18,598 nt of DNA from Bdellovibrionales bacterium (GCA_050250255.1 JBFWOZ010000051.1:1-18598), one strand, 5' to 3'. Shown: positions 7,488 through 16,964, numbered from the stretch's first letter. Made by a program: numbers and translations. Notes: generated from the letters alone by a model not told the origin.

Positions 7488-8120
7488 ATGGCTAAAGTCC
7501 GCAAAAAGACTCAGAAATCTGGCGATGTGTCCTCCCAGGTCAGCCTCAAAAATAAGATTATCGATGCCGCATTTTTTTGTTTTGCCGAATCAGGGGTGGG
7601 CACCACCAAGCTCACTCAGATCGCGGCAAAAGCCGGGGTCGAAGCGCCCCATATGCACTATTATTTCCCTACTTTCGAAGCTCTTTTTACCGAAGTAGTG
7701 AATATCGCGCTTGAAGACTTAAGAGCTTACTCGGTACGAAATATTGAAAAAGGCAGAGGCGATCCCCGAAAAGCTCTCGATCTTTACGTTAAAGCCCCTT
7801 TTGAGTGGGCCAAAGAAAGACCTACCTACCTTCCGGTGTGGATGTATTTCTATCATCTCGCAGCCTGCGACAAAAAATTTGGTCGATTGAATCGCAACAT
7901 ACGTGAAATTGGACGAGATCGCATTTCTTTATTGATTTATAAAGGTATTGAAACAGGACAGTTCAAAAAAAATTCAGAATTTGAAGTTCCTGAACTTGCC
8001 ACTCTTATTCAAGGGCTTATGACAGGCCACGGGGTACTCGCCGCCTCCGAAGAGGGTGGAGATTTTGATCAGCAATACAGGCTCGCTCTCAAAGCGATTC
8101 ATTCTCTTATCTTGAAATAG
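7488..8120 (+). CDS. TetR/AcrR-family transcriptional regulator
   Basis: N-terminal HTH IIDAAFFCFAESGVGTTKLTQIAAKAGVEAPHMHYYFPTFEAL and a C-terminal GIETGQF motif. ATG 7488 is preferred over GTG 7482 because of the promoter position. Confidence 0.93.
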   Translation: MAKVRKKTQKSGDVSSQVSLKNKIIDAAFFCFAESGVGTTKLTQIAAKAGVEAPHMHYYFPTFEALFTEVVNIALEDLRAYSVRNIEKGRGDPRKALDLYVKAPFEWAKERPTYLPVWMYFYHLAACDKKFGRLNRNIREIGRDRISLLIYKGIETGQFKKNSEFEVPELATLIQGLMTGHGVLAASEEGGDFDQQYRLALKAIHSLILK

Positions 8121-8178
8121 ACACTCAAGGCTCTTGCCCCACCAAGGAACTAAAGAGTCTCGTCTATTTTAATAAACC

Positions 8179-8207
8179 TCTCTAACCCTCTCGGGTTAGA
8201 GATTTTT
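8179..8207 (+). terminator. Intrinsic terminator after tetR, possibly bidirectional
   Basis: TCTCTAACCC-TCTC-GGGTTAGAGA is a perfect 10-bp stem followed by TTTTT. Confidence 0.75.
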
Positions 8208-8246
8208 AAAGCAAAGTACATACTTAAGATGCACGGCTGTGAAAAT

Positions 8247-8681
8247 TTAATCGTCGTCGTCTTGGATAAATTCAATTCCAGAGCGTTCACCAGCAAAATA
8301 CCATCTATACAGTACGTTGCCAGCTGCAGTTTCGTACGTCTCTAGTTCCGCATCGTCATAGATATCTTGATTATATGGAAGATAGGTTCTTTGACCCATG
8401 ACAAGACCAATAAATTCGCGATCACCGTCATTACAACCATAGATGGCGACAATGTTTCCTCCAGACATAGGGTTAACAAGTCTAAACATATAGCTACCTG
8501 CGGCAAGTGTATCGCCATCTACAACATATACGCTTGCTTCATCGGCATCAAAATCAGCTGAGGAAATCGTCAGCGATTTTTCTAAAGTGAAGTGTGATTC
8601 TCGGCTTGGATTAATAGTCGCGTGCGCAGTGGTCGTAACAAACAACAACATGGCAAAGGCCAGATGGATAATTTTTTTCAT
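8247..8681 (-). CDS. Secreted acidic hypothetical protein (about 144 aa)
   Basis: RBS AAGGAG upstream of ATG 8681, signal peptide MKKIIHLAFAMLLFVTTTAHA, Asp/Glu-rich mature part ending QDDDD. Confidence 0.75.
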   Translation of the reverse strand: MKKIIHLAFAMLLFVTTTAHATINPSRESHFTLEKSLTISSADFDADEASVYVVDGDTLAAGSYMFRLVNPMSGGNIVAIYGCNDGDREFIGLVMGQRTYLPYNQDIYDDAELETYETAAGNVLYRWYFAGERSGIEFIQDDDD

Positions 8682-8749
8682 AATTCGTAGCACTCCTTAA
8701 AAGGGTTAAAATATTTTTTCGCATTCTCATGCTATTTTCATTTGCGCAG

Positions 8750-8765
8750 TACAAGAACCGTGCCT
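8750..8765 (-). promoter_or_regulatory. Sigma54-like promoter for 8247..8681
   Basis: Minus strand AGGCACGGTTCTTGTA has a GGCACG -24 box, N4, and a TTGT variant of the -12 box at the correct spacing. Confidence 0.55.
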
Positions 8766-8893
8766 TTCATCTATGCGCCTTTTTCGGCAGGTTTCAAAAG
8801 CCAGTTGGGCAAATTGCCACTTTTACGAGGGCAAAATGGTACAGCACAATGAATAAATTTGCTTTCATCGTAGTAAGGCGCGAGAATTTATGA

Positions 8894-9745
8894 ATGAAAC
8901 AGAAAATATTTTTTGCATTGCTTCTTGTCGTAGCTCTTAACGCCTTAGCCCAAACTAATAATGAGGAAGTCGTCGCCACGAGAACTCATGGCGGTTACGG
9001 CTTCATCGAGCTAGCAAAGGGTTTAGATGATTTTCTAACTTTTGACCAATTTATGTTTCAGCATAGAATATGTATCGTGACCGGCACACCTGAGTTTCCA
9101 TCCCTTCTCCAAACTCTTCAAAAAGAAAAGAATGGTAAGGATTTTAAAACACAATTCATGTACGGAAATGCTCATTGCAAAAATTTTACTAAAGGTTTTT
9201 GTAAACACCCAGAAATTTACAAATCTCATAGCCAACTTTTAATGATGTGGCCCAATTATCCTACTGAGGCGGCAACATCCTTTGATCCGCCCGCATTTAT
9301 AGGCCTGCACACGAAAGACGACAAGAGAATTACCACTTCCTTTTTCATTGGTTCTGAAACGACTTTTACTTATGCCGATGAGCAAGGACAAATCGTTGAA
9401 ATGAAAGCGGACAATCTTCTTCCGCAACTTTATTTTGGTTCTTTAAAAGTTCGCAAATATGATCCTGATCTCCCTAAACAGGATATGACGAAAGATGGGT
9501 ATGTGCTAAACGGGAAGATTGGCACTCCCTTAACGATCATTTATCCCATGTCCTCTTACAAAGATGGGATCAAGATCGTTAACAAAAAAACGGGTAAGCC
9601 AATTTTGAATCACGAAGGCAAACCGCTCGTTTTAAAAATCGATAATTATTTGAGATGTCTCAAAAAACAGATGAGTCAATCTGCGGACTACAGTTCGCGG
9701 CCACCGACTCCCACTACACCAAAGCCCCCGAGTACTTCACGCTGA
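8894..9745 (+). CDS. Secreted hypothetical protein (283 aa)
   Basis: Signal peptide MKQKIFFALLLVVALNALA, four Cys, Pro/Thr-rich C-terminal tail RPPTPTTPKPPSTSR. Confidence 0.8.
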   Translation: MKQKIFFALLLVVALNALAQTNNEEVVATRTHGGYGFIELAKGLDDFLTFDQFMFQHRICIVTGTPEFPSLLQTLQKEKNGKDFKTQFMYGNAHCKNFTKGFCKHPEIYKSHSQLLMMWPNYPTEAATSFDPPAFIGLHTKDDKRITTSFFIGSETTFTYADEQGQIVEMKADNLLPQLYFGSLKVRKYDPDLPKQDMTKDGYVLNGKIGTPLTIIYPMSSYKDGIKIVNKKTGKPILNHEGKPLVLKIDNYLRCLKKQMSQSADYSSRPPTPTTPKPPSTSR

Positions 9746-9757
9746 GGCGCTTTCGCC

Positions 9758-11563
9758 TCACTGATTTTCCGACGAGAGCTCCATCCACTTCGTCTCAAGT
9801 GATTGGATCGTGGTCGTGTTGTCGGCCATTTGTTTCACGAGTTCACTCGAATATCCGCCGCCTGAAAGCAATTTTTCATTGAGCTCCTGATTTTCTTTTT
9901 CAAGCTTTTCAATTTGCTTCACACATTGACTCATTTCTTTTTCAATTTGCTTTGCGCGCTTCTCGAGTTCTTTTTTGTTTTGTCTTTGCTGTTTGATTTC
10001 GTCTTTTGGAGAATTCCCAGAACCCTTACTCGTCTCATCAGAAATAGACTCTTCTTCTAAGTCACCCGAGGCTAAGTTTTGTTGAATCCGCCAAACATAT
10101 TCTTCATATGGTCCTGGGTAGAGATGAACTGATCCTTTAGATACTTCGAGAATCTTTGTCCCAACTCGTCTGATAAAATGACGATCATGGCTGACAATAA
10201 TGAGTGTTCCTTCGTATTTACAGAGAGCCTGGGTCAGCGCTTCGACCGTTTGAAAATCTAAATGGTTCGTCGGCTCATCGAGCAATATACAGGGAACTTT
10301 TTGAAGGAGAATACGTCCCAACGCCACTCGCGACTTCTCACCTCCCGAAAGTACTTTCACTTTTTTCTGAATGCTGTTGTCGGTAAAGAGTAAAGCTCCT
10401 GCCATCGCACGAATTTCTTGAGGAGTCGTGCTTGTTTCAGTGACGTCTTCTAAAGATTCATACACGGTGTGATCAGGATCCAGAACTTCAATGACGTGTT
10501 GATTAAAGATGGCGATTTCCACTTGGTGCCCAAGAGTGCGCTCTCCTTTTAAAGGCGCAAGAGTTCCCGCAATTCCCTTTAAAAGAGTCGACTTGCCAGC
10601 CCCATTCAAACCCACGACCGCCACGTGATCGCCGCGTTTAATTTCTAAAGACACGCTTTTCAAGACTGTTTTCTCTGGATATCCAAGTTGCGCTTCATTT
10701 AATTGCAAAACCGTTTTCCCTACATGAGGAGGTCTAGGAATATGAATTGCCGCCTTGATCGGAACCGGCTTCAACTCCACGGTTTCCATTTTCTCTAATG
10801 TTTTTAATTTACTCTGCGCCTGTCTCGCCTTTGTGGCCTTCGCACCGAAACGGTTCACAAAATCCATGACGGCTTTTCTCTTCAAAGCTTGGCTTTGGGC
10901 TTGCGCCTCAAGCTGAGTACGCAAAAGTTCTTTTTGCTCAAAATAGTCGTCGATATTTCCGCTAAACTTAACAACCTCTCCGGCTTCGATCTCTAAAATA
11001 TGATCGGTGGTTTTTCGTAAAACTTCGCGGTCATGAGAGATGAGTAAAAAAGCGCCCCGGTAATTTTGCAAAAATCCTTCAAGAAGAAGTGTGGTCTCTA
11101 AATCTAAATAGTTCGTAGGTTCATCGAGCAGCATGAGGTTGGGATCCATTCCCAAAAGACCAATGAGCTTAATGCGCATACGGTAACCACCACTCAAACT
11201 CAAGATGGGCTTCGCAAAGATCTCCTCAGAAACTTGAAGCTCGCGTCCTAATGTTTTTGTTTGCCACACGGGCAAACGGCAGATGCGCTCGAGATAGGAG
11301 TTCCCTGTCTCCTCCGGAAGCCATTCATCATGCTGAGATAAATAGCCAAGTCGTAAGTTTTGTGAACGAACCACTTCACCGTCATCAAGCTTCTCTTGTT
11401 GAATAAGAATTTTAAAAAGTGTGGATTTGCCTGCACCGTTAGGACCGATCACCCCAACGTGTTCGCCCTCGTTGATAGAAAATGTCGCTTGCTCAAATAA
11501 AACTTGAGGGCCGTAAGATTTATGGCCATTATTCATTTGAATGAGATTTTGTCCGTCTGCCAT
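9758..11563 (-). CDS. ABC-F family ATPase (Uup/YheS-like)
   Basis: Two ABC domains (GPNGAGKST and GLNGAGKST, two LSGG signatures, two LLDEPTN Walker B motifs, SHDR switches), linker RFGAKATKARQAQSKLK, C-terminal coiled coil, no transmembrane segments. Confidence 0.95.
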   Translation of the reverse strand: MADGQNLIQMNNGHKSYGPQVLFEQATFSINEGEHVGVIGPNGAGKSTLFKILIQQEKLDDGEVVRSQNLRLGYLSQHDEWLPEETGNSYLERICRLPVWQTKTLGRELQVSEEIFAKPILSLSGGYRMRIKLIGLLGMDPNLMLLDEPTNYLDLETTLLLEGFLQNYRGAFLLISHDREVLRKTTDHILEIEAGEVVKFSGNIDDYFEQKELLRTQLEAQAQSQALKRKAVMDFVNRFGAKATKARQAQSKLKTLEKMETVELKPVPIKAAIHIPRPPHVGKTVLQLNEAQLGYPEKTVLKSVSLEIKRGDHVAVVGLNGAGKSTLLKGIAGTLAPLKGERTLGHQVEIAIFNQHVIEVLDPDHTVYESLEDVTETSTTPQEIRAMAGALLFTDNSIQKKVKVLSGGEKSRVALGRILLQKVPCILLDEPTNHLDFQTVEALTQALCKYEGTLIIVSHDRHFIRRVGTKILEVSKGSVHLYPGPYEEYVWRIQQNLASGDLEEESISDETSKGSGNSPKDEIKQQRQNKKELEKRAKQIEKEMSQCVKQIEKLEKENQELNEKLLSGGGYSSELVKQMADNTTTIQSLETKWMELSSENQ

Positions 11564-11571
11564 AGCACATG

Positions 11572-11600
11572 AAGATAACGGGACGCTGATAAGATTACAA
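11572..11600 (-). promoter_or_regulatory. Candidate sigma70 promoter of the ABC-F gene (near-leaderless)
   Basis: Minus strand TTGTAA-N17-TATCTT ends 8 nt before the ATG. No Shine-Dalgarno sequence is present. Confidence 0.5.
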
Positions 11601-11681
11601 GAAAGTTTAAAGGATCAGAAACCTGGTCTTAAGTCTATCCAATTCTCTTCAGCAATCCCTCAGGTTTGACGAAAAGAGAGC

Positions 11682-13013
11682 ATGCCATCTACGAAAAATT
11701 ATAAATTAACAGATGACGGACACCATGAACTCCTAAAAATCATGGATGTTTGTTTTGGTGCTTATTTTATTGGCTTAGCTTTACTCTCAGGGGTAGCAGC
11801 CTATAACCAACAAACGAGTTGGTGGGGTTTTATCAGTCAATTGTCGTTTCCCATCACTAATCTCATAATTTCGCAGGTTTCCTTTCGCCTAAAAAATCCA
11901 ACGCCATTTGAAATTTTCCGGCTTTCACTCAATTGCATTTTTTTTGCGCCACTTGCGTTTTTACTTACTGATGGTGCGCTTGATCAATATTGGATTACTG
12001 CCGCTATGCTTACGCTTGGTAGCTCTATTATCGTTATGTCCATTACTTCTAATCCTACCCACGGAAAGATCATTGTGTGTGCCTATGTCACGATGATGGT
12101 TTTGGTCGCTACTTTCTCTCCTAAACCAGTGAACTGGTATCTTTTTGGAATGTATGCCGGCTTGGCATTAATGTTAGGTAGCTTTATCACACAGACAATG
12201 GAAGTTCTGACAAAAAGTTTAAGACGTGAGTCAGAGCACACACAAGAACTCGAAAGATCACAAAAAATCATCATGGACCAACAACAAGCCTTGGTGAGTT
12301 CTTCGAAAATGTCAGCGCTTGGTGAAATGGCCGGCGGAGTGGCTCACGAAATCAATAATCCTTTGGCTGTAATCAAAACTCTCTCCGCACAACTCCTTGA
12401 AGTGATAGAGGAACAAAATATCGATCGACCTTTAGCCAAAGAGATGGCAACACAAATAGAAAGCACCACAGATAGAATTGCGAAAATCGTTCGGAGTATG
12501 CGTTCTTTCTCTCGGGATGGCAGCAACGACCCTTATCAGTCTGTGAACATTCATCAATTAATTGAAGAAACCTTGAGTTTTTGCAGAGAACGATTTATCG
12601 GTCACGGCACTCCAGTCACCGTAGAAAGTTTCAACAAAAATTTATGCATCGAAGGGCGCTACACCGAGCTTTCGCAAGTGCTTCTGAACCTTTTTAATAA
12701 TGCCCATGATGCTATTCTTCATCACACAGATAAATGGATAAAAGTGTCCGTCTCTGACCAACAAGATTGGGTAGAGCTTCATATAACAGATAGTGGAACA
12801 GGCATTTCTCCCGAAGTGCAAAACAAAATGTTTCAACCCTTTTTTACTACAAAAGAAATCGGGGCAGGTACCGGTATGGGCTTGAGTATTTCAACAGGCA
12901 TTATTGATAGCCATAGTGGTGAACTGCGCCTAAACAATAAATGCAAGAATACCTCTTTTGTTATTCGCTTACCTAAGTTTCAAAAGCCTGCCCGTTCAAA
13001 ATCAGCTGCCTAA
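11682..13013 (+). CDS. Membrane-bound sensor histidine kinase (HisKA + HATPase_c, NtrB-like)
   Basis: About 6 N-terminal TM helices, H-box LGEMAGGVAHEINNPL, N-box QVLLNLFNNAHDA, G1 DSGTGI, F-box FQPFFTTK, G2 GTGMGLSI. Confidence 0.95.
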   Translation: MPSTKNYKLTDDGHHELLKIMDVCFGAYFIGLALLSGVAAYNQQTSWWGFISQLSFPITNLIISQVSFRLKNPTPFEIFRLSLNCIFFAPLAFLLTDGALDQYWITAAMLTLGSSIIVMSITSNPTHGKIIVCAYVTMMVLVATFSPKPVNWYLFGMYAGLALMLGSFITQTMEVLTKSLRRESEHTQELERSQKIIMDQQQALVSSSKMSALGEMAGGVAHEINNPLAVIKTLSAQLLEVIEEQNIDRPLAKEMATQIESTTDRIAKIVRSMRSFSRDGSNDPYQSVNIHQLIEETLSFCRERFIGHGTPVTVESFNKNLCIEGRYTELSQVLLNLFNNAHDAILHHTDKWIKVSVSDQQDWVELHITDSGTGISPEVQNKMFQPFFTTKEIGAGTGMGLSISTGIIDSHSGELRLNNKCKNTSFVIRLPKFQKPARSKSAA

Positions 13014-13066
13014 GCATCAAGATGCATAAAACTTTGCAAGATTTTCGAGGCAGCCCATCCATCCTT

Positions 13067-13810
13067 TCATGACAAAAATATTCCCTTATAAATCATCGCT
13101 ATGCCTAGCAAGAGAATAAAAAATGAAACGAGTCTTTTAAAGACTCGCTCCGGTAGTTTTTTAAGAACGATAATTCCAAAAAATGTTCCTATTAAAGCGC
13201 CAAGAGTTGCGACGATCAAAAAATTCGTTTGGGCAAGAAGCGCTGGGCCTTGATTCATAAAGTAGATTGGCATTCTCGCCAGATCAACAAGTACCCCAAT
13301 CGCCGTTGCTGTCCCCACAAAAGTATTTCGATCTATTTTAAATCCCAAGAGAGCGGCCGACCGAATCCCTCCCTGATTTCCAACTAAACCTCCGAGCATT
13401 CCCGAGAGGGCTCCCATAATCCATGCCATTTTTGGTCCAAAGTGAAATTTTTCATTCAGTCCTGTGGATCCAGTGAATCCCGCAAAAGTTAATATGAAAC
13501 CAAAAATAAGAGTCAGCACTGATGGATGAAAGTTCGCATTAAGAAGAGCGCCCAGCAAACCACCGGCGGCGCTTAAAATTCCGAAATGTATAAGCACCTG
13601 TCTGTCGATGTGATGTCGTAAAATCCAAAATCGCGTGAAGGTCGCAACAAGATGCGGAACCGAAACGACAGCTACGGCAAGTTTTGTATCTAGTTTGAGA
13701 GCAAGAAGAGGTGTCAGCAGACTACCAATTCCAAAGCCCGATACCGCCGCAACTCCACCTGCTAACACTGAAACCACCAATAGCGCTAAATGAAAGATAT
13801 CCATATTCAA
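13067..13810 (-). CDS. TauE/SafE (TSUP) family membrane transporter
   Basis: About 8 TM helices with an internal repeat (SGFGIGSLLTPLL and GGLVGNQGGIRS). RBS AGGGG precedes TTG 13810; ATG 13804 is an alternative start. Confidence 0.88.
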   Translation of the reverse strand: MNMDIFHLALLVVSVLAGGVAAVSGFGIGSLLTPLLALKLDTKLAVAVVSVPHLVATFTRFWILRHHIDRQVLIHFGILSAAGGLLGALLNANFHPSVLTLIFGFILTFAGFTGSTGLNEKFHFGPKMAWIMGALSGMLGGLVGNQGGIRSAALLGFKIDRNTFVGTATAIGVLVDLARMPIYFMNQGPALLAQTNFLIVATLGALIGTFFGIIVLKKLPERVFKRLVSFFILLLGIAMIYKGIFLS

Positions 13811-13885
13811 GTTTCCCCTAACGTCACTTTTTGAGCCTTTCTATTCATGCCCACAATTTCCTATAGTTCCAACAAGTAAAACTGC

Positions 13886-13902
13886 TATGACAAGTTGTCA
13901 CA
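13886..13902. promoter_or_regulatory. Palindromic operator candidate, copy 1
   Basis: TGACAA-G-TTGTCA is a perfect palindrome (13888-13900). The 17-mer is 16/17 identical, inverted, to 18462..18478. Confidence 0.55.
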
Positions 13903-13922
13903 AAATTGGGTTAAACCTCATT

Positions 13923-13951
13923 TTGAATGGACTCCAACACCATATTATTCT
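13923..13951 (+). promoter_or_regulatory. Candidate sigma70 promoter of the P1B ATPase
   Basis: TTGAAT-N17-TATTCT upstream of RBS GAGGA and ATG 14010. Confidence 0.45.
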
Positions 13952-14009
13952 TAATACCTGTATGTACTAAGGCTTAGAAGTTCACTAGTAACTGTATAAA
14001 GAGGAAACT

Positions 14010-16319
14010 ATGACCCATCATCACGAACACCATCATGATTCCCAACATAAAGATCCCGTTTGCGGGATGACCGTACAAACTTCGACCGCAAAAGCTCAAA
14101 GCGAATATCAAGGTAAGACTTATTATTTTTGCAATCCCAAATGCAAAACCAAATTCGACGCGAACCCGTTACAGTATCTTGAAGAGCAAGCTAAAAAGAC
14201 AGCCCGAGCCGATATTGAATATACATGCCCTATGCATCCCCAGGTTCTCCAAATCGGACCTGGTTCCTGTCCTATTTGCGGCATGGCCCTTGAGCCCGTC
14301 GAGATCACGGTAGGTGAAGAAGACAATTCAGAATATTTAGCGATGAAAAAACGTTTTTGGGTGGGCGTTGTTCTTTCCGTACCTCTCTTATTCATTACTA
14401 TGGGCGGACGAAACTTTATCGAATCGCATGAAGCCATGAAATGGATGAAATGGGTCGAGCTTGTACTTGCAACGCCGGTCGTACTCTGGGGAGGGTGGCC
14501 GTTCTTCGAAAGATTTTGGCAATCGTTGAAAAATCGAAATCTCAATATGTTCACACTTATTGGACTGGGTGTAGGCGTGGCTTATCTCTACAGCTTAGTT
14601 GCGATTTTCTTCCCCAACCTATTTCCTGATTCCCTCAAAGATTCCATGACTGGTGAAGTGGGACTCTACTTTGAGGCGGCTGCAGTGATTGTCACATTGG
14701 TTCTTTTAGGACAAGTGATGGAGCTCAAAGCTCGCAGCCAAACAAGTACCGCGATAAAAGCTTTATTGGGGCTCGTACCTAAAACGGCTCGAAGAATGCG
14801 GCAAAATGGTTTAGAAGAAGACATTCCACTTGAAGAGATCCAAGTTGGTGATCAACTGCGGGTTCGGCCTGGCGAAAAGATTCCGGTTGATGGGATTGTT
14901 GTAAACGGTCATTCCTCTGTCGATGAATCGATGGTTAACGGAGAGCCGATTCCGGTTGAGAAAATTCCTGGTTCAAACGTCGTTGGAGCGACAATCAATG
15001 GAACAGGATCTTTTATCATGAAAGCCGAAAAGGTCGGCAGAGACACTTTGTTGTCCCAGATCGTTCAAATGGTGAGCGAAGCACAACGATCCAGAGCGCC
15101 CATTCAAAAACTGGTTGATCAAGTTTCCGCCTACTTTGTTCCAACGGTGATCCTCATCTCCATCATTACATTTGTTGTTTGGGCTCTCGTGGGACCTGAC
15201 CCAAAATTAGCTCACGCCATTGTCAACGCTGTTGCCGTTCTTATCATCGCTTGTCCGTGTGCGCTTGGACTCGCTACTCCCATGTCGATTATGGTTGCTA
15301 CCGGTCGAGGTGCTGCAATTGGTGTCCTCTTTAGAAATGCCGAAGCTATAGAGCTTGTGAGAAAAGTGAACACGCTCGTCGTCGATAAGACAGGAACTCT
15401 TACTCTCGGAAAACCAAAACTCGTCATGATCAAATCCGTAGGAACGCTCAACGAGGAAGAGCTTTTGGCATTAGCCGCAAGTCTCGAACAGTCGAGCGAA
15501 CACCCACTGGCGACCGCGATTGTTACAAATGCGAAAGAAAAAAATATAAAACTAAGTCCTGTTGATCAATTTCAATCCATTACCGGTAAAGGAGCCACTG
15601 CCGTCATCGACAAAAAAAATGTAGTCGTGGGGAATCACTCGCTCATGAAGGAACAATCCATCCTAACAGAAGATTGGCAAACCCTCGTCGATTCGCTGCG
15701 GTCTGAAGGACAAACCGTCATGTACGTCGCTGTTGATGGCCAGCTCGCAGGACTTCTTGGCGTCACCGATCCGATCAAACCAACGACCGTCGAAGCAATT
15801 AAAGCTCTCCAAACATCGGGCATTAAAGTCATCATGGTCACAGGAGATAATCAGAAAACTGCAGAGGCTGTCGGAAAAAAAGTGGGCGTTGATGAAATCA
15901 TGGCCGATGTATTGCCACAGAAAAAGGCCGAGATTGTTAAGAGATTGCAAAGCGCAGGACGGTTTGTCGCTATGGCGGGTGATGGCATAAACGATGCTCC
16001 TGCATTAGCACAGGCTCAAGTCGGAATCGCAATGGGCACTGGAACAGACGTCGCAATGAGTAGTTCCGGCGTGACTCTTGTCAAAGGCGATTTAATCGGA
16101 ATTGTGAGAGCGAGAGCTTTAAGCGAAAGCACACTCAGAAATATTCGACAGAATCTTTTCTTTGCATTTGTATATAACACGCTTGGCATACCCGTTGCGG
16201 CAGGAATTCTCTATCCATTTTTTGGGTTACTTCTTAGTCCAATGATTGCTGCGGCAGCGATGAGCCTGAGCTCAGTTTCCGTAATCGCTAATGCACTAAG
16301 GTTGAAAGGTCGGATCTAA
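14010..16319 (+). CDS. copA: Cu(I)/Ag(I)-translocating P1B-type ATPase with His-rich tail, YHS and heavy-metal-binding (CPMHP) domains
   Basis: HHHEHHH tail, YHS (DPVCGM...YYFCNPKC), YTCPMHP...[13 protein letters not shown] variant of the TGE motif, [32 protein letters not shown], and YN plus MSLSS specificity motifs of P1B-1 pumps. Confidence 0.95.
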   Translation: MTHHHEHHHDSQHKDPVCGMTVQTSTAKAQSEYQGKTYYFCNPKCKTKFDANPLQYLEEQAKKTARADIEYTCPMHPQVLQIGPGSCPICGMALEPVEITVGEEDNSEYLAMKKRFWVGVVLSVPLLFITMGGRNFIESHEAMKWMKWVELVLATPVVLWGGWPFFERFWQSLKNRNLNMFTLIGLGVGVAYLYSLVAIFFPNLFPDSLKDSMTGEVGLYFEAAAVIVTLVLLGQVMELKARSQTSTAIKALLGLVPKTARRMRQNGLEEDIPLEEIQVGDQLRVRPGEKIPVDGIVVNGHSSVDESMVNGEPIPVEKIPGSNVVGATINGTGSFIMKAEKVGRDTLLSQIVQMVSEAQRSRAPIQKLVDQVSAYFVPTVILISIITFVVWALVGPDPKLAHAIVNAVAVLIIACPCALGLATPMSIMVATGRGAAIGVLFRNAEAIELVRKVNTLVVDKTGTLTLGKPKLVMIKSVGTLNEEELLALAASLEQSSEHPLATAIVTNAKEKNIKLSPVDQFQSITGKGATAVIDKKNVVVGNHSLMKEQSILTEDWQTLVDSLRSEGQTVMYVAVDGQLAGLLGVTDPIKPTTVEAIKALQTSGIKVIMVTGDNQKTAEAVGKKVGVDEIMADVLPQKKAEIVKRLQSAGRFVAMAGDGINDAPALAQAQVGIAMGTGTDVAMSSSGVTLVKGDLIGIVRARALSESTLRNIRQNLFFAFVYNTLGIPVAAGILYPFFGLLLSPMIAAAAMSLSSVSVIANALRLKGRI

Positions 16320-16343
16320 AACTGTAGTTTAGCTTGATCAAGC

Positions 16344-16727
16344 TTAGCTTCGATGTTTTGTCCAATCTAATAGAAAAGCAACAAATACACCGATCGACAC
16401 GACACTCGAAAGCAACACGGCCCCTGCAGCACAGTCTTTTGCTCGCTTAATTTCAGGGTGTAGCTCTGGATGAAGTCGATCTATAAGATATTCTAGCGCT
16501 GTATTTATCATTTCAGTCGACAGGACACTTCCGATCGTTATTATCAATAAGCCCCACCACATAGGTGAGGCGCCGAGTATTGCGACAATGCTCAAGACCA
16601 AGACGGCTATAAGACATTGAAAGCGAAAGCTTGACTCTCTCTTCAAGGCTATTTCAATTCCGTGCAATGCAAACCTAAGGCGCTTGCGAAACGGCTTATT
16701 TTTCATTCGGCTTATTTGCGTTGTCAC
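16344..16727 (-). CDS. dgkA: Diacylglycerol kinase family protein (prokaryotic DgkA type)
   Basis: RLRFALHGI, ESSFRFQ, three TM helices, EMINTALE and AKDCAAGAV motifs. Start is GTG 16727 or ATG 16706. Confidence 0.9.
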   Translation of the reverse strand: MTTQISRMKNKPFRKRLRFALHGIEIALKRESSFRFQCLIAVLVLSIVAILGASPMWWGLLIITIGSVLSTEMINTALEYLIDRLHPELHPEIKRAKDCAAGAVLLSSVVSIGVFVAFLLDWTKHRS

Positions 16728-16953
16728 TTTTTATAGCCTTTCCATTTTCTATAGATTGAATTCTCGAAAGAAGTACTGAGTGCTCTTGTGCGTTCTGTCT
16801 TTCCAATACTGAAATCTTTTCCTCTAACGCTTTGATATTTCGAGGTAGTTCAATGTAGTTTTTGAACAATGTGGATAAGACAAAATATCCAACTACAAAA
16901 AGCATAGCTATTGCGAACATGCCTACCATGAACGCTTTTCCCAGTCCTGACAT
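16696..16953 (-). CDS. Small single-TM protein with coiled-coil C-terminus
   Basis: RBS GAGGA, hydrophobic N-terminal helix, heptad segment IKALEEKISVLERQ, fills the gap in a co-oriented operon. Confidence 0.7.
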   Translation of the reverse strand: MSGLGKAFMVGMFAIAMLFVVGYFVLSTLFKNYIELPRNIKALEEKISVLERQNAQEHSVLLSRIQSIENGKAIKSDNANKPNEK

Positions 16954-16964
16954 CCCGTCCTCCT

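Noticed and set aside
9758..11563. ABC-F protein as an antibiotic-resistance (ARE) factor
   Set aside because: The linker and C-terminal coiled coil fit housekeeping Uup/YheS-like members, and there is no leader peptide or mobile context.
13023..13037. TGCA-N7-TGCA as an activator site
   Set aside because: It lies between convergent gene ends with no promoter nearby and has only 4-bp arms.
13838..13853. GGGCATG on the minus strand as a sigma54 -24 box for tauE
   Set aside because: There is no GC or GT at the required N10 spacing.
13952..13970. TAATACCTGTATGTACTAA upstream of copA as a CsoR operator
   Set aside because: It lacks the C/G tracts and symmetry of CsoR boxes, and there is no csoR gene in the window.
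16331..16344. Perfect palindrome AGCTTGATCAAGCT between copA and dgkA
   Set aside because: It is a weak stem without a clear U-tract and occurs once, so I cannot call it a terminator or a repeat.
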